Assembly: GCA_963715985.1 (NCBI GenBank)
Contig: CAVQSP010000013.1
Coordinates: 480,001 to 544,000, forward strand
Source: an uncultured Thermoleophilia bacterium
GTDB lineage: Bacteria; Actinomycetota; Thermoleophilia; UBA2241
Direction: 5' to 3'
Length of the DNA stretch: 64,000 nt
This document shows positions 30,059 to 39,524 of the stretch, in pieces. How positions within the stretch are numbered: position 1 is the stretch's first letter; each line of letters starts with the position of its first letter. Below the pieces are notes generated by a model that searched no databases, was not told the DNA's origin, and saw only the letters and a program-made list of their open reading frames with translations. A program made the position numbers and the translations under genes.

Positions 30059-30849
30059 GACCCGGCGCCGCCCCGGAGCCGGCGTCCTCTCAGCCCCGCT
30101 CCCGCCGCCCGGCGATCGTTCTCCACGACCCATTCGAGTGTGGCGCGCGCCACCTCCGGCGAGCGCCCGGGGCCGTGGTGGCCGCCACCGTCCAGCACGA
30201 TGAAGCGCGTAGGCGGCGCCAGCACGGCGGCCAGGCGCTCGCTGTGCGCGAACGGCACCACGTCGTCGTCGCGCGCGTGCGCGAGCAGCACGCGCGGCAT
30301 GCCGCGGGCGGCCGCGAACAGGTCGAGGTCGCGCAACCACGGCCGCAGGGCCGGCCCGTCGAAGCGCCCGTAGTACTCGCGGTCCGGGTCGTCGGCGTCC
30401 TCGAACTGGTCGAGCGCGTCGAGGCCGGCCAGGAGCGACGGCCCGGGGGCCGGGCACAACAGGACGAGCGAGCTGAAGAGCGCGGGGTGGGCGTGGGCGG
30501 CCAGCAGCAGGAAGCAGCCGCCCATGCTGGCCCCGCGGGCCGCCACCCAGGGCGCGCCCGAGGCGGCGCGCAGCGTCTCGGCGGCGGCCACTGCGTCGTG
30601 CCAGCCGTCCGGTCCCAGCACGCCGCCACTCTCACCGTGGCCGCGGAAGTCGAAGGTCAGCGCCGCCAGCCCGGCCGCTGCTGCCTGCTCTCCCATCACG
30701 CCGTGGTTCTCCTTGCGGCTGCCGGCGCCGTGGCACACGAGCAGCGCGCCGCGCGGTGGGCCGGCCGGGCGGAAGAGCAGGCCGGCCAGTCCTATGCCGT
30801 CAGCCACAAAGGTGATGCTCTCGGGTGCAGGTGGTACGGCTCCCGTCAC
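29977..30849 (-). CDS. Alpha/beta hydrolase
   Basis: CHGAGS, FDFRGHGES, GASMGG nucleophile elbow, HARDDDVVP, GGGH. The 3' end overlaps feoB, so the real stop may lie earlier. Confidence 0.85.
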   Translation of the reverse strand: MTGAVPPAPESITFVADGIGLAGLLFRPAGPPRGALLVCHGAGSRKENHGVMGEQAAAAGLAALTFDFRGHGESGGVLGPDGWHDAVAAAETLRAASGAPWVAARGASMGGCFLLLAAHAHPALFSSLVLLCPAPGPSLLAGLDALDQFEDADDPDREYYGRFDGPALRPWLRDLDLFAAARGMPRVLLAHARDDDVVPFAHSERLAAVLAPPTRFIVLDGGGHHGPGRSPEVARATLEWVVENDRRAAGAGLRGRRLRGGAGSQALMSGSSRATTPPTASARTMVPAMM

Positions 30850-30993
30850 GTGTCCCCTCCTTGTGGTGGCCGCCGCGAGTTTAGCCCAGCCCTCACATGT
30901 GGTGTACTACCGAAGCCGCGGCGCCGCTGCGCCGCCGCGGCAGTCCCGCGAGAACCCCCGCGGGCGCCCCGCGCCCGCCGCTACGGAGGTCCC

Positions 30994-32247
30994 ATGCACC
31001 AGGTCAACGTGGGCCGCAAGTCGCTGGCCGACTACCGCTCCATCGTCCCTCGCGAGCTGATCGACGAGATCGACGAGCTCGCCGCGGAGCTGCGCGACTG
31101 CCGCGTGCTGCACGTGAACGCCACCGCGTTCGGCGGCGGCGTGGCCGAGATCCTCTACACCCTGGTGCCGCTGGTCACCGACGTGGGCCTGCACGCGGAG
31201 TGGCAGGTCATCAGCGCCCCGCCGGAGTTCTACAACGTCACCAAGAGCTTCCACAACGGCTTGCAGGGTCACGCGGTGGACTTCCCGCCGCCCGCGCGCG
31301 AGCTCTACGAGAGCGTGTGCAAGGCGAACGCGGCGGACATCTCCCACGCCTACGACTTCATCGTCATCCACGACCCTCAGCCGCTCGCGATCCGCGACTT
31401 CGTCACCATGAGCGAGGACGGCTCCACGGCGTGGATCTGGCGCTGCCACATCGACACGTCCACGCCCTACCAGAGCCTGTACGAGTACCTGCTTCCGACC
31501 ATCAACTCTTACGACGCCGCCGTGTACACCCTGCGCGACTACGTGCCGCAGGGCCTCACCGTGCCGGTGCGCGAGATCGCCCCCACCATCGACCCGCTCG
31601 CGCCCAAGAACATGCAACTGTCCGCCGAGGACGCCACCTACATCGTGCGGCAGTTCGGCATCGACGTGGAGCGGCCGCTCCTGCTGCAGGTGTCTCGCTT
31701 CGACCCGTGGAAGGACCCGTTGGGGCTGGTGGACGTGTACCGCGCCGTCAAGACGGTGCACCCGGGCATACAGCTGGCCCTCATCGGCTCCATGGCCAGC
31801 GACGACCCCGAGGGCTGGGAGTACCTCGAGAAGGTCATCGAGTACGTGGGCGGCGACCCGGACGTGTTCATCCTCTCCAACCTCGACAACGTGGGCTCGG
31901 TGGAGGTCAACGCCTTCCAGGTGCACGCCGACGTCGTCATCCAGAAGTCCCTGCGCGAAGGGTTCGGCCTCACCGTCACCGAGGCGCTGTGGAAGGGCCG
32001 GCCCACCATCGGCGGCGCCGTGGGCGGCATCCCGCTGCAGATCGAGGACGGCGTGACCGGCTACCTCGTCTCGTCGGCGGCCGAGTGCGCGGAGCGCTGC
32101 CTCGAGGTGCTCGCCGATCCCGAGAAGCATCGGCGCATGGCGCTGGCCGGCAAGGAGTACGTGCGCCGCGAGTTCCTCACGCCGCGCCTGCTGCGCGACG
32201 ACCTGCGCCTCTTCAGCGACCTGCGCGCGGGTAAGATAGGGAAGTAG
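30994..32247 (+). CDS. treT: Trehalose synthase (GT4, TreT-like)
   Basis: HVNATAFGGGVAEIL, TKSFHNGLQG, IHDPQP, WRCHID, QVSRFDPWKDP, QKSLREGFGLTVTEALWK. Confidence 0.88.
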   Translation: MHQVNVGRKSLADYRSIVPRELIDEIDELAAELRDCRVLHVNATAFGGGVAEILYTLVPLVTDVGLHAEWQVISAPPEFYNVTKSFHNGLQGHAVDFPPPARELYESVCKANAADISHAYDFIVIHDPQPLAIRDFVTMSEDGSTAWIWRCHIDTSTPYQSLYEYLLPTINSYDAAVYTLRDYVPQGLTVPVREIAPTIDPLAPKNMQLSAEDATYIVRQFGIDVERPLLLQVSRFDPWKDPLGLVDVYRAVKTVHPGIQLALIGSMASDDPEGWEYLEKVIEYVGGDPDVFILSNLDNVGSVEVNAFQVHADVVIQKSLREGFGLTVTEALWKGRPTIGGAVGGIPLQIEDGVTGYLVSSAAECAERCLEVLADPEKHRRMALAGKEYVRREFLTPRLLRDDLRLFSDLRAGKIGK

Positions 32248-32264
32248 TCGAGCGAGGGGGAGGC

Positions 32265-33744
32265 GTGGGCGCGGAGGAGCGACCGGAGCGCCGTCTGGTG
32301 GTGGCCGCCAATCGCGGCCCGGTGTCGTTCCACAGCGACCCCTCGGGGGACCCCGTCATCACGCGCGGGCCCGGCGGCCTGGTCACCGTGCTCACGGAGC
32401 TGCTGCGCAAGCACCCCGGCACCTGGGTGGCCACGGCGCTGGGCGAGGAAGAGGAGCGTCTGGCCGGCGGCGCCGTGGACGTCGAGCTGGACGGCGACGC
32501 GTACCGCGTGCGGTACGTCGCGGTGGACCGCGAGGTCTACAACAAGTACTACAACATCATCGCCAACCCGATGTTGTGGTTCATCCAGCACTACCTGTGG
32601 GATCTCGGGCGGCACCCGGACATCTCCCCCAACGAAGTGGACGCCTGGTGGAACGGCTACGTCCCGGTGCAGCGCCTCTTCGCGGCCGCCGTCAGTGACG
32701 AGCTGGCGGCCGCGGGCCGGGGCGTCGAGGCCCTCGCGATGCTGCACGACTATCACCTCTACGGCGTCGCCCCGCTGGTGCGAGAGGCCGTCCCGCACGC
32801 CTTCATCCACCAGTTCGTGCACATCCCCTGGGCGCAGAGCGACGCCTGGCTCGTGCTGCCGGAGGCCATGCGCACGGCCGTGTTCACCGGCCTGCTGGGC
32901 AACGACATCGTGGCCTTCCACACGCGGCACTACGCCGTGAACTTCCTGCAGGGGTGCCGCGACCTCCTGGACCTGGAGGTGGACGAGCGGCGCCTGGTGG
33001 TGCGCACCGGGGAGCGCGAGGTGTGGGTGCGCGCCTACCCTGTCTCCATCGACCCGCAGGAGCTGGTGAGGGCCTCCACGGCGCAGCGGGTGGTGGCCGA
33101 AGAAGAGGCGCTCCTGCAGCGGCGGCGCGAGTTCCTGGTGCTGCGGGTGGACCGCCTCGACCTCAGCAAGAACATCATCCGCGGCTTCCTCGCCTTCGAC
33201 CGCTTCCTCGACCTGCACCCCGAGTTCAAGGACCGCATCACCTTCCTCGCCCTGCTGCAGCCCTCGCGCGAGGACGTGGAGGAGTACGTGGTGTACCGCG
33301 AGCGCGTGGTGCGCACGGTGGAGCAGATCAACACCAAGCACGGCAACACGGACTGGATGCCCATCGACCTGCGCATCGAGGACAACTTCCCCCAGACCCT
33401 GGCCGCGTACCGGCACTATCGACGCCCTCGTCGTCAACGCGATCTTCGACGGCATGAACCTGGTCGCCAAGGAGGGCCCCGTGGTGAACGTCCGCGACGG
33501 CGTCCTCATCCTCAGCGAGAACACCGGCGCCTTCGAGGAGCTCGGCATGTTCGCCGTGCGCGTGAACCCCTTCGACATCGAGCAGCAGGCCGAGGCCTTC
33601 TTCGAGGCCCTCACGATGCCGGCGGCCGAGAAGCGCGTCCGCGGCGAAGCCATGCGCCGCGTGGTCGACACCAACAGCATCGAGAAGTGGGTGGCGGCGC
33701 AGTTCGACGACATCGCCGCCAAGCGCGCCGCCGACGCCGGTTGA
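32265..33744 (+). CDS. otsA: Trehalose-6-phosphate synthase; one frameshift near 33420
   Basis: VVAANRGP, GGLV, LHDYHL, FVHIPW, VDRLDLSKNI; DGMNLVAKE and LILSENTGA follow in the shifted frame. Confidence 0.92.
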
Positions 33745-33762
33745 CCAAGGTCAGGGCGCCTG
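33678..33762 (+). repeat. 85-bp direct repeat, copy 1 (otsA 3' end plus downstream sequence)
   Basis: Matches 36223..36307 at 84 of 85 positions (33702 g vs 36247 c). Confidence 0.95.
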
Positions 33763-33791
33763 TGCCGGGGCGCTCGTACCATCACTGCATG
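33741..33791 (+). promoter_or_regulatory. Candidate class II FNR/Crp-activated leaderless promoter
   Basis: TTGAC-CAAG-GTCAG at 33741-33754, centred at -41.5 from ATG 33789; TACCAT -10 element ends at -7. Confidence 0.6.
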
Positions 33792-34061
33792 ATCATCGAG
33801 GTCCTCGGCATCGACTGCGACCAGACCGCGGCGCTCGAGGGCGCCGTGGTCCAGGCGCTCGCCGACCTCGGCCTTTCGGACGCCGCCACGGTGCGCCGGA
33901 TCTCCGACCCCACGGCCATCATCGCCCGCGGCGTGCGCCGCTGGCCCGGCCTCAGCGTGGACGGCAAGGTGGTCAGCCGCGGCTCGGTGCCGTCCGCAGG
34001 GGAGCTGCGCGGCTTCATTGCAGATGCGATGGGCCAGCGGCCTGCCGACTCATCCCGCTAA
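33789..34061 (+). CDS. Small thioredoxin-like protein (MTH895/ArsE type) with CxxC changed to CDQT
   Basis: MIIEVLGIDCDQT...ISDPTAII..GV...PGLSVDGKVVSRGSVPS. Confidence 0.8.
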   Translation: MIIEVLGIDCDQTAALEGAVVQALADLGLSDAATVRRISDPTAIIARGVRRWPGLSVDGKVVSRGSVPSAGELRGFIADAMGQRPADSSR

Positions 34062-34090
34062 GGGTCCTGTCACGACCCGGATGGCCTGAT

Positions 34091-34219
34091 CTGGTCGAGG
34101 AGATGGGCCGCAAGTTCGGCGTCACCCGCGAGCGCATCCGTCAGATCGAGGCCAGGAGCCTGGCAAAGCTGCTTGCACCAGGAGAGGCACATGGCCTCCA
34201 TGAGTTCCTCGACGGCTGA
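34091..34219 (+). pseudogene. Remnant of sigma70 (RpoD-type) region 4.2
   Basis: LVEEMGRKFGVTRERIRQIEARSLAKL...EFLDG*; no upstream sigma domains. Confidence 0.85.
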
Positions 34220-34451
34220 CCGTGTGCGACCGGCCGAAGTCGGCCGCGCGGCCGACCGCCACGAAGGGTCGACGAAGCGGCTGCGGACGCAGGCCCTCAC
34301 TGTGACGGTCGCGCGGATGCGGCCTGCGGAGGTCCGGTCCCGCGGTCATCGCCTCGGCGCTCAGCGTTCGGCACGAGTGCTGCGCCGGCCGATCAGGATC
34401 CGTTCGCTCAGGCCGCAACGCACCTCACAAAGCAAGTAGGATGGTCATCAC

Positions 34452-36116
34452 GTGAAGAACGACTCCCTCAGGATCATCCCCCTCGGCGGCCTCGGCGAGA
34501 TCGGCAAGAACATGACGGCCGTCGAGTACCGCGGCAAGATCGTCGTGCTCGACTGCGGCGTCGAGTTCCCGCGCGAGGACATGCTCGGCATCGACCTCGT
34601 GCTCCCCGACATCGGCTGGCTGCTCGAGCGTCAGCACGACGTGATCGGCTTCCTCATCTCGCACGGCCATGAGGACCACCAGGGGGCACTGCCCTTCGTG
34701 CTCAAGCAGCTCAAGCGGCCCGTCTACGGCAGCCGCTTCACGCTCGCCCTCATCAAGTCGAAGCTCGACGAGCACGGGCTCCTCGGCAGCGTCGAGCTCA
34801 CCGAGGTCAACGACAAGTCTCACCTTCGGCTCGGACCCTTCGACGTCTCCTTCATCGCCACGAGCCACAGCATCCCCGACTCGCTCGCCATCGTGCTCGG
34901 CACCGACCTCGGGGCGGTGGTGCTCACCGGCGACTACCGCTTCGACCACACCCCCATCGACGGCCGCGTCACCGACGTGGACGCCTTCGCCAAGCTGGGC
35001 GAGCGCGGCGTGCTGGCCCTGCTTGGCGACTCGACGAACGCGGAGGCCCCAGGGTCGACCGCCTCGGAGAGCACCGTCGGCCAGGCGTTCCACCAGATCT
35101 TCGCCGAGGCCGAGGGCCGCGTCATCGTGGCCAGCTTCGCCTCCCACATCCACCGCATCCAGCAGGCCATCACCATCGCCCATCTGCATGGGCGCAAGTT
35201 CGCCCTCTCCGGACGCTCGATGGTGAAGAACGCGAACATCGCCCGCAATCTCGGCTACCTGGACGTGCCGGCCGGCGCCATGATCAAGCTCACGCAGATC
35301 GACGAGTACAGGCCCGAGGAGATCCTCATCCTCTCGACCGGCAGCCAGGGTGAGCCGCTCTCGGCGCTCACGCGCATGGCCTTCAACGATCACCCTCAGG
35401 TCGGCTTGCACGAGGGCGACACAGTCGTCATCTCCGCCAAGGCGATCCCCGGCAACGAGCGCAGCGTGACGGCCACCATCGACCGCCTGCTCAAGGTCGG
35501 CGCCACGGTGATCTACGGCGCGCGCAGCGGCATCCACGTCAGCGGCCACGCGGCGCAGGAAGACCTCAAGATGATGCTCAACCTCACGCGGCCGCGGTTC
35601 CTCGTCCCCGTCCACGGCGAATACCGTATGCAGCACCTGCACGCCGAGCTGGCCCGCCAGTCGGGCATCCCCGACGAGGACATCTTCATCCTCGAGAACG
35701 GTGACGTGCTCGAGCTCGACGCCGACAACGGCGAGATCGTGGGCAAGGTCCCGACCGGCATGGTGTTCGTCGACGGCTCTGAGCTCGGCGATCCTGATGG
35801 CGTTGTGCTGCGCGACCGCAAGCAGCTTGCAGGCGACGGCATTCTCATCGCGGTCGTCACCGTTGATTCCGAGAGCGGCGACTCGGTGGCGCGCCCCGAG
35901 CTGATCGCACGCGGCTTCCTGCACGACGACGAGCGTCTGCAGGAAGTACTCGAGGAGTGCGCCGGGGCCCTGGATGCCCTCCTGGACGACCTCGGCGCCG
36001 AGCACGTCACCGGGCAGCGCCTGATCAAGGAAGACATCCATGACAGGCTCGCCGACCTCGTCTTCAAGCGCACCCGCCGCCGGCCGCTGATCATGCCGGT
36101 CGTCGTCGGCGTCTGA
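34452..36116 (+). CDS. rnj: Ribonuclease J
   Basis: IIPLGGLGEIGKNM, SHGHEDHQG, HSIPD, LGDSTNAE, FASHIHR, TGSQGEP, HVSGHA, PVHGE. Confidence 0.96.
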   Translation: MKNDSLRIIPLGGLGEIGKNMTAVEYRGKIVVLDCGVEFPREDMLGIDLVLPDIGWLLERQHDVIGFLISHGHEDHQGALPFVLKQLKRPVYGSRFTLALIKSKLDEHGLLGSVELTEVNDKSHLRLGPFDVSFIATSHSIPDSLAIVLGTDLGAVVLTGDYRFDHTPIDGRVTDVDAFAKLGERGVLALLGDSTNAEAPGSTASESTVGQAFHQIFAEAEGRVIVASFASHIHRIQQAITIAHLHGRKFALSGRSMVKNANIARNLGYLDVPAGAMIKLTQIDEYRPEEILILSTGSQGEPLSALTRMAFNDHPQVGLHEGDTVVISAKAIPGNERSVTATIDRLLKVGATVIYGARSGIHVSGHAAQEDLKMMLNLTRPRFLVPVHGEYRMQHLHAELARQSGIPDEDIFILENGDVLELDADNGEIVGKVPTGMVFVDGSELGDPDGVVLRDRKQLAGDGILIAVVTVDSESGDSVARPELIARGFLHDDERLQEVLEECAGALDALLDDLGAEHVTGQRLIKEDIHDRLADLVFKRTRRRPLIMPVVVGV

Positions 36117-36222
36117 CCGCGCGCCAGATGGCCACCCAGCCCGCTCGCACCCGGGGCATCTGTCGAGCGGCGCGATGGGTTCCCAGCGCTCAGGGCCAGA
36201 CATGGCATCCGCCTGAAGTCGA

Positions 36223-36307
36223 CATCGAGAAGTGGGTGGCGGCGCACTTCGACGACATCGCCGCCAAGCGCGCCGCCGACGCCGGTTGACCAAGGTCAGG
36301 GCGCCTG
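36223..36307 (+). repeat. 85-bp direct repeat, copy 2 (duplicated otsA 3' end)
   Basis: Matches 33678..33762. The upstream gtcgaca also matches otsA if a 9-bp deletion is allowed. Confidence 0.95.
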
Positions 36308-36337
36308 CGGCGGGGGCGTAGCTTCAGCCGCCGCCGT

Positions 36338-37068
36338 TCAGCCCGCTTCGGCGCTCACCCTCCGACGAGGTGCGGATAGATCGAAGAACAGGTACAGGCT
36401 GTAGACGAGGAAGACGCCGGCGACGATGTTGACCGAGTAGCGCACGCCGCGGATCTTGAAACGCTGGCCGATGGCGATGAGGAACAGCACCGCGGCGAGG
36501 ACGACGGTGATGCGCACGTATTTCTCGGCGGTGGCGCGGTACTCCACGCCGAGGTCGAACGCATGCGACGCTTCCTTGTTCAGTTCCGTCGCCTTCTCCA
36601 CCAGCGGGTCCTCGTACTCCGGCATGTAGCGCGGGCCCGGGAGGCGCGCTCGGATCGTTCATCCCGTCGATCGCGACCCACGCGTCGAAGGCCTTCTTGT
36701 ACTCGGGCGTGAAGCGTCGTTCGAGGAGCTTCTGCAGGCTCTCGTCGCCGGCGTCGTAGGCTTGCAGCCAGGCGGTGAAGTTGCCGGCGTTGTAGATGAG
36801 CGTCTGGTTGGCGGTGAGTGTGACGCTCTGGCGCCTCGGTGCGCAGCCGTGAGGAGGTGGCGTACTCCTTGGCGCTCTCGCCGTCCCAGCGGGCCGCCTG
36901 GTAGCCGCTCAAAGCCGTGACGATCGCCACGATGGCGAGCAGGATGGCCTCGAGGATCTCGATCGTCTCTACGCGCCGGCGGCTCGGCTTGTGGTCGGCG
37001 GCCTCGTCGTGCGCGCCGTGCTCGCGCAGGTGCTCCGCGACCTCTGCGTTGATGTTGCCCTCGGGCAT
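36338..37068 (-). CDS. Membrane protein (DUF4337-like); two frameshifts
   Basis: N-part EILEAILLAIVAIVTALSGYQAARWDG; C-part YVRITVVLAAVLFLIAIGQRF; spread over three frames. Confidence 0.6.
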
Positions 37069-37127
37069 GCCTCTCCCTCCCGGCCGTTCTGTCGCTGCCG
37101 AGATGCTACATCAGCGTGACCGTGTGG

Positions 37128-38309
37128 TCAGTCCGAAGCGCGGGCGTGCGTGTGGCTTCGGGCGCCCGCCGCGAGCCGCGCGGCGGCCAGCTCCAGGTAC
37201 TCCGCGGCGAGGTCGACGCCGATGGAGCGGCGCCCGAGCTCCCGCGCGACGGCGAGCGCGGTGCCGGTGCCGCAGAAGGGGTCGAGCACCACGCCGCCGG
37301 GCGGGCAGGTGGCGAGGACCGGGATGCGACACAGGTCGGGCGGGAAGGCCGCGAAGTGTCCGGCGCGGCCCTGGGTGTCTTCGGGGAGGATGTCCCAAAC
37401 GTCGCCAGGCTTGGCTCCGCCGGGATGGTAGCGCAGCAGGTAGAAGCCGCGCTCCTGCAGCTCCCGGGCGCGGCCGGAGACGGCCGTCGCGTCCGAGTGC
37501 GTGGCCCGCTGCGTGCCGCGGAGCACCATGCGAAAGTCGCCGAGGCGGCCCGCCCGGACTTCGTCCAGGGCCGCCTCGAGCGCGCCCAGGGCGGCCTCCT
37601 TCTCGGCCTCGGCGAGGGCGGTGGACAGCTCGATCTGCCGCCGGTAGCGCACGCCGCTCACGCCGGTGGCGGAGATCACGGCGCCGTTCTCCACGCGCGC
37701 CGCCCGGGGCGCGGCGCGCACGGCGTCGGCGTCGTAGTAGTAGCCGCGCGGCTGTCGCGTGAAGTGGAAGAGCAGCTCATGCACGTTGCGCAGCCTGTCG
37801 CGGCTGGTGTCGGGCCCGCCCTTGACCTTGTGCCACACCACGCTGTTGCGGAGGGTCCAGCCCTGCTCGTCCGTGAGCGCGAACGCCACCCGCCAGGGGA
37901 TGCCCAGCTGGCGTTTGCCGCGGTAGGTGTCGCCGAGGTTCAGCCAGAACGAGCCGCCGGGGGCGAGCACGCGGCGCAGCTCGGCGGCGACGGCGGCGAG
38001 GCCCGCCACGTAGTCCTGCCAGCGGGCCTCGGCGCCCAGGCCGCCGCCGGCGTAGCGCCGGTGACCGTAGTAGGGCGGGCTCGTGAGGCAGCAGTCCACG
38101 GAGCCGGCCGGGAGGCGGCGGAGCGCCTGTTCGGCGTCGCCGCGGACGAGGAGCGGGCTGGTGTCTGAGCCGGCGAGGTACTCTGCCGCGCCGGCCTCCA
38201 AGCCAGGCTCGCCGGCGTCCAGGACGGCGCCGTGCGCGCTGCCCGGCGCCGGGAGGAGCGGTCGCCCTTCGGCGGCCCGCTCGACGGTCCGCCTTCGGTG
38301 GCCGTTCAC
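37128..38309 (-). CDS. Orphan DNA methyltransferase, beta class (N4-cytosine-like)
   Basis: DCCLTSPPY, FWLNLGDTY, LGIPWR, HFAAFP, VLDPFCGTGT; its GTG start overlaps the GT4 stop (GTGA). Confidence 0.9.
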   Translation of the reverse strand: MNGHRRRTVERAAEGRPLLPAPGSAHGAVLDAGEPGLEAGAAEYLAGSDTSPLLVRGDAEQALRRLPAGSVDCCLTSPPYYGHRRYAGGGLGAEARWQDYVAGLAAVAAELRRVLAPGGSFWLNLGDTYRGKRQLGIPWRVAFALTDEQGWTLRNSVVWHKVKGGPDTSRDRLRNVHELLFHFTRQPRGYYYDADAVRAAPRAARVENGAVISATGVSGVRYRRQIELSTALAEAEKEAALGALEAALDEVRAGRLGDFRMVLRGTQRATHSDATAVSGRARELQERGFYLLRYHPGGAKPGDVWDILPEDTQGRAGHFAAFPPDLCRIPVLATCPPGGVVLDPFCGTGTALAVARELGRRSIGVDLAAEYLELAAARLAAGARSHTHARASD

Positions 38310-39331
38310 GCCCCCAGGATGCGCCGGTAGATGGTCTCGTAGTCGGCGACCATGCGCCCGACCGTGAAGCGCTCTTCGACGGTGCGGCGGCACACCGCCG
38401 GGTCGATCTCGCCGACCCGGCCGACCGCCGCCACGAACTCCTCGAAGGTGTCGCACACGAACCCGGTGACGCCGTGGTCCACGACCTCGGGCACCGACCC
38501 CTGGCGCAACGCCACCACCGGGGTGCCGGTGGCCATCGCCTCGATCATGACGAGGCCGAACGGCTCCGGCCACGTGATGGGGAAGACGAAGGCGTGGGCG
38601 TGCGCGAACAGCTCGCGCTTGCGCTCGTCGCTGACCTCGCCCTCGTACACGATCTGCTCGCCGTCGATGTGCGGCGCCACCTTGGTCTCGAAGTACTCGC
38701 GATAGGGCTCCTGCAGCACGCCGGCCATGATGAGCTTGCGGCCCGTGCGCCTGGCCGCCTCGATGGAGAGGTGGAAGCCCTTGGCCTCGCACACCCTGCC
38801 GAAGGCCAGCAGGTAGTCGTCCTTCTGCGGCGTGTACGGCCACTGCTCCACGGCGATGGCGTTGTAGGCGAGGCCGGCCCAGTTCATGCCGGCCGGCCCC
38901 ATGGACTGCTGGTACTTGCTGATGCCGATGTACGCCACCTCGCTGCGGAACTGCTCGTAGAAGCCGTAGGCGGCGGTGTCGAAGGCGCAGTGCACGGTGT
39001 GCAGCATGGGCGGGGCGAGGTAGCGGCTGAAGGCGATGGCCAGGAACCCGGAGTGGTCGTGGACCAGGTCGAAGCCCTGCTGCTCGATGTCGGCGAAGGA
39101 GAACGAGACGTGGCGCGCGTCGTAGGAGCTCTGACCGAGGACCTCCGGCATCTGCCTGGGGAAGAGGGCGCAGAGCTCGGCCGCGGTGTGCGAGTCGCCG
39201 GTGGCGTACAGCACCACGTCGTGGCCGGCGGCCGTGAGCCCATCGCAGAGCTGCTGCACGACCCACTCCGTGCCGCCATAGCCGGCGGGCGGCACGGTGA
39301 TCCACGGCGGTGCGAGCTGAGCGATGCGCAT
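38306..39331 (-). CDS. Glycosyltransferase family 4
   Basis: MRIAQLAPPW..VPP.GYGGTE, FGRVCEAKG, WPEPFGLVMIEAMATGTP; leaderless (TAGAAT-6 nt-ATG). Confidence 0.92.
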   Translation of the reverse strand: MRIAQLAPPWITVPPAGYGGTEWVVQQLCDGLTAAGHDVVLYATGDSHTAAELCALFPRQMPEVLGQSSYDARHVSFSFADIEQQGFDLVHDHSGFLAIAFSRYLAPPMLHTVHCAFDTAAYGFYEQFRSEVAYIGISKYQQSMGPAGMNWAGLAYNAIAVEQWPYTPQKDDYLLAFGRVCEAKGFHLSIEAARRTGRKLIMAGVLQEPYREYFETKVAPHIDGEQIVYEGEVSDERKRELFAHAHAFVFPITWPEPFGLVMIEAMATGTPVVALRQGSVPEVVDHGVTGFVCDTFEEFVAAVGRVGEIDPAVCRRTVEERFTVGRMVADYETIYRRILGA

Positions 39332-39524
39332 GCCGGCATTCTACCTGACCGCCGCGTCGTCGGCCGCCGGCACCGTCCCGGGTCCGGGGATGGTGCGCGA
39401 TCAGCGGACACGGTCCAGGCACGAGGCCGGGCGCCTCGCCCCGCGTCTCATGGCGGCGAGCCAAGCTGCCGATGGAGGTTAACCGGCCTGTCAAGCTCCG
39501 TTCGCGAGGGGTAGAGTGACGGCG

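Noticed and set aside
28924-32247. Long ORFs such as 28924..32247, 60104..62821, 42750..45653 and other antisense ORFs
   Set aside because: Their extensions are Arg/Pro/Ala-rich shadows overlapping real genes. True starts were reassigned using RBS and motif evidence.
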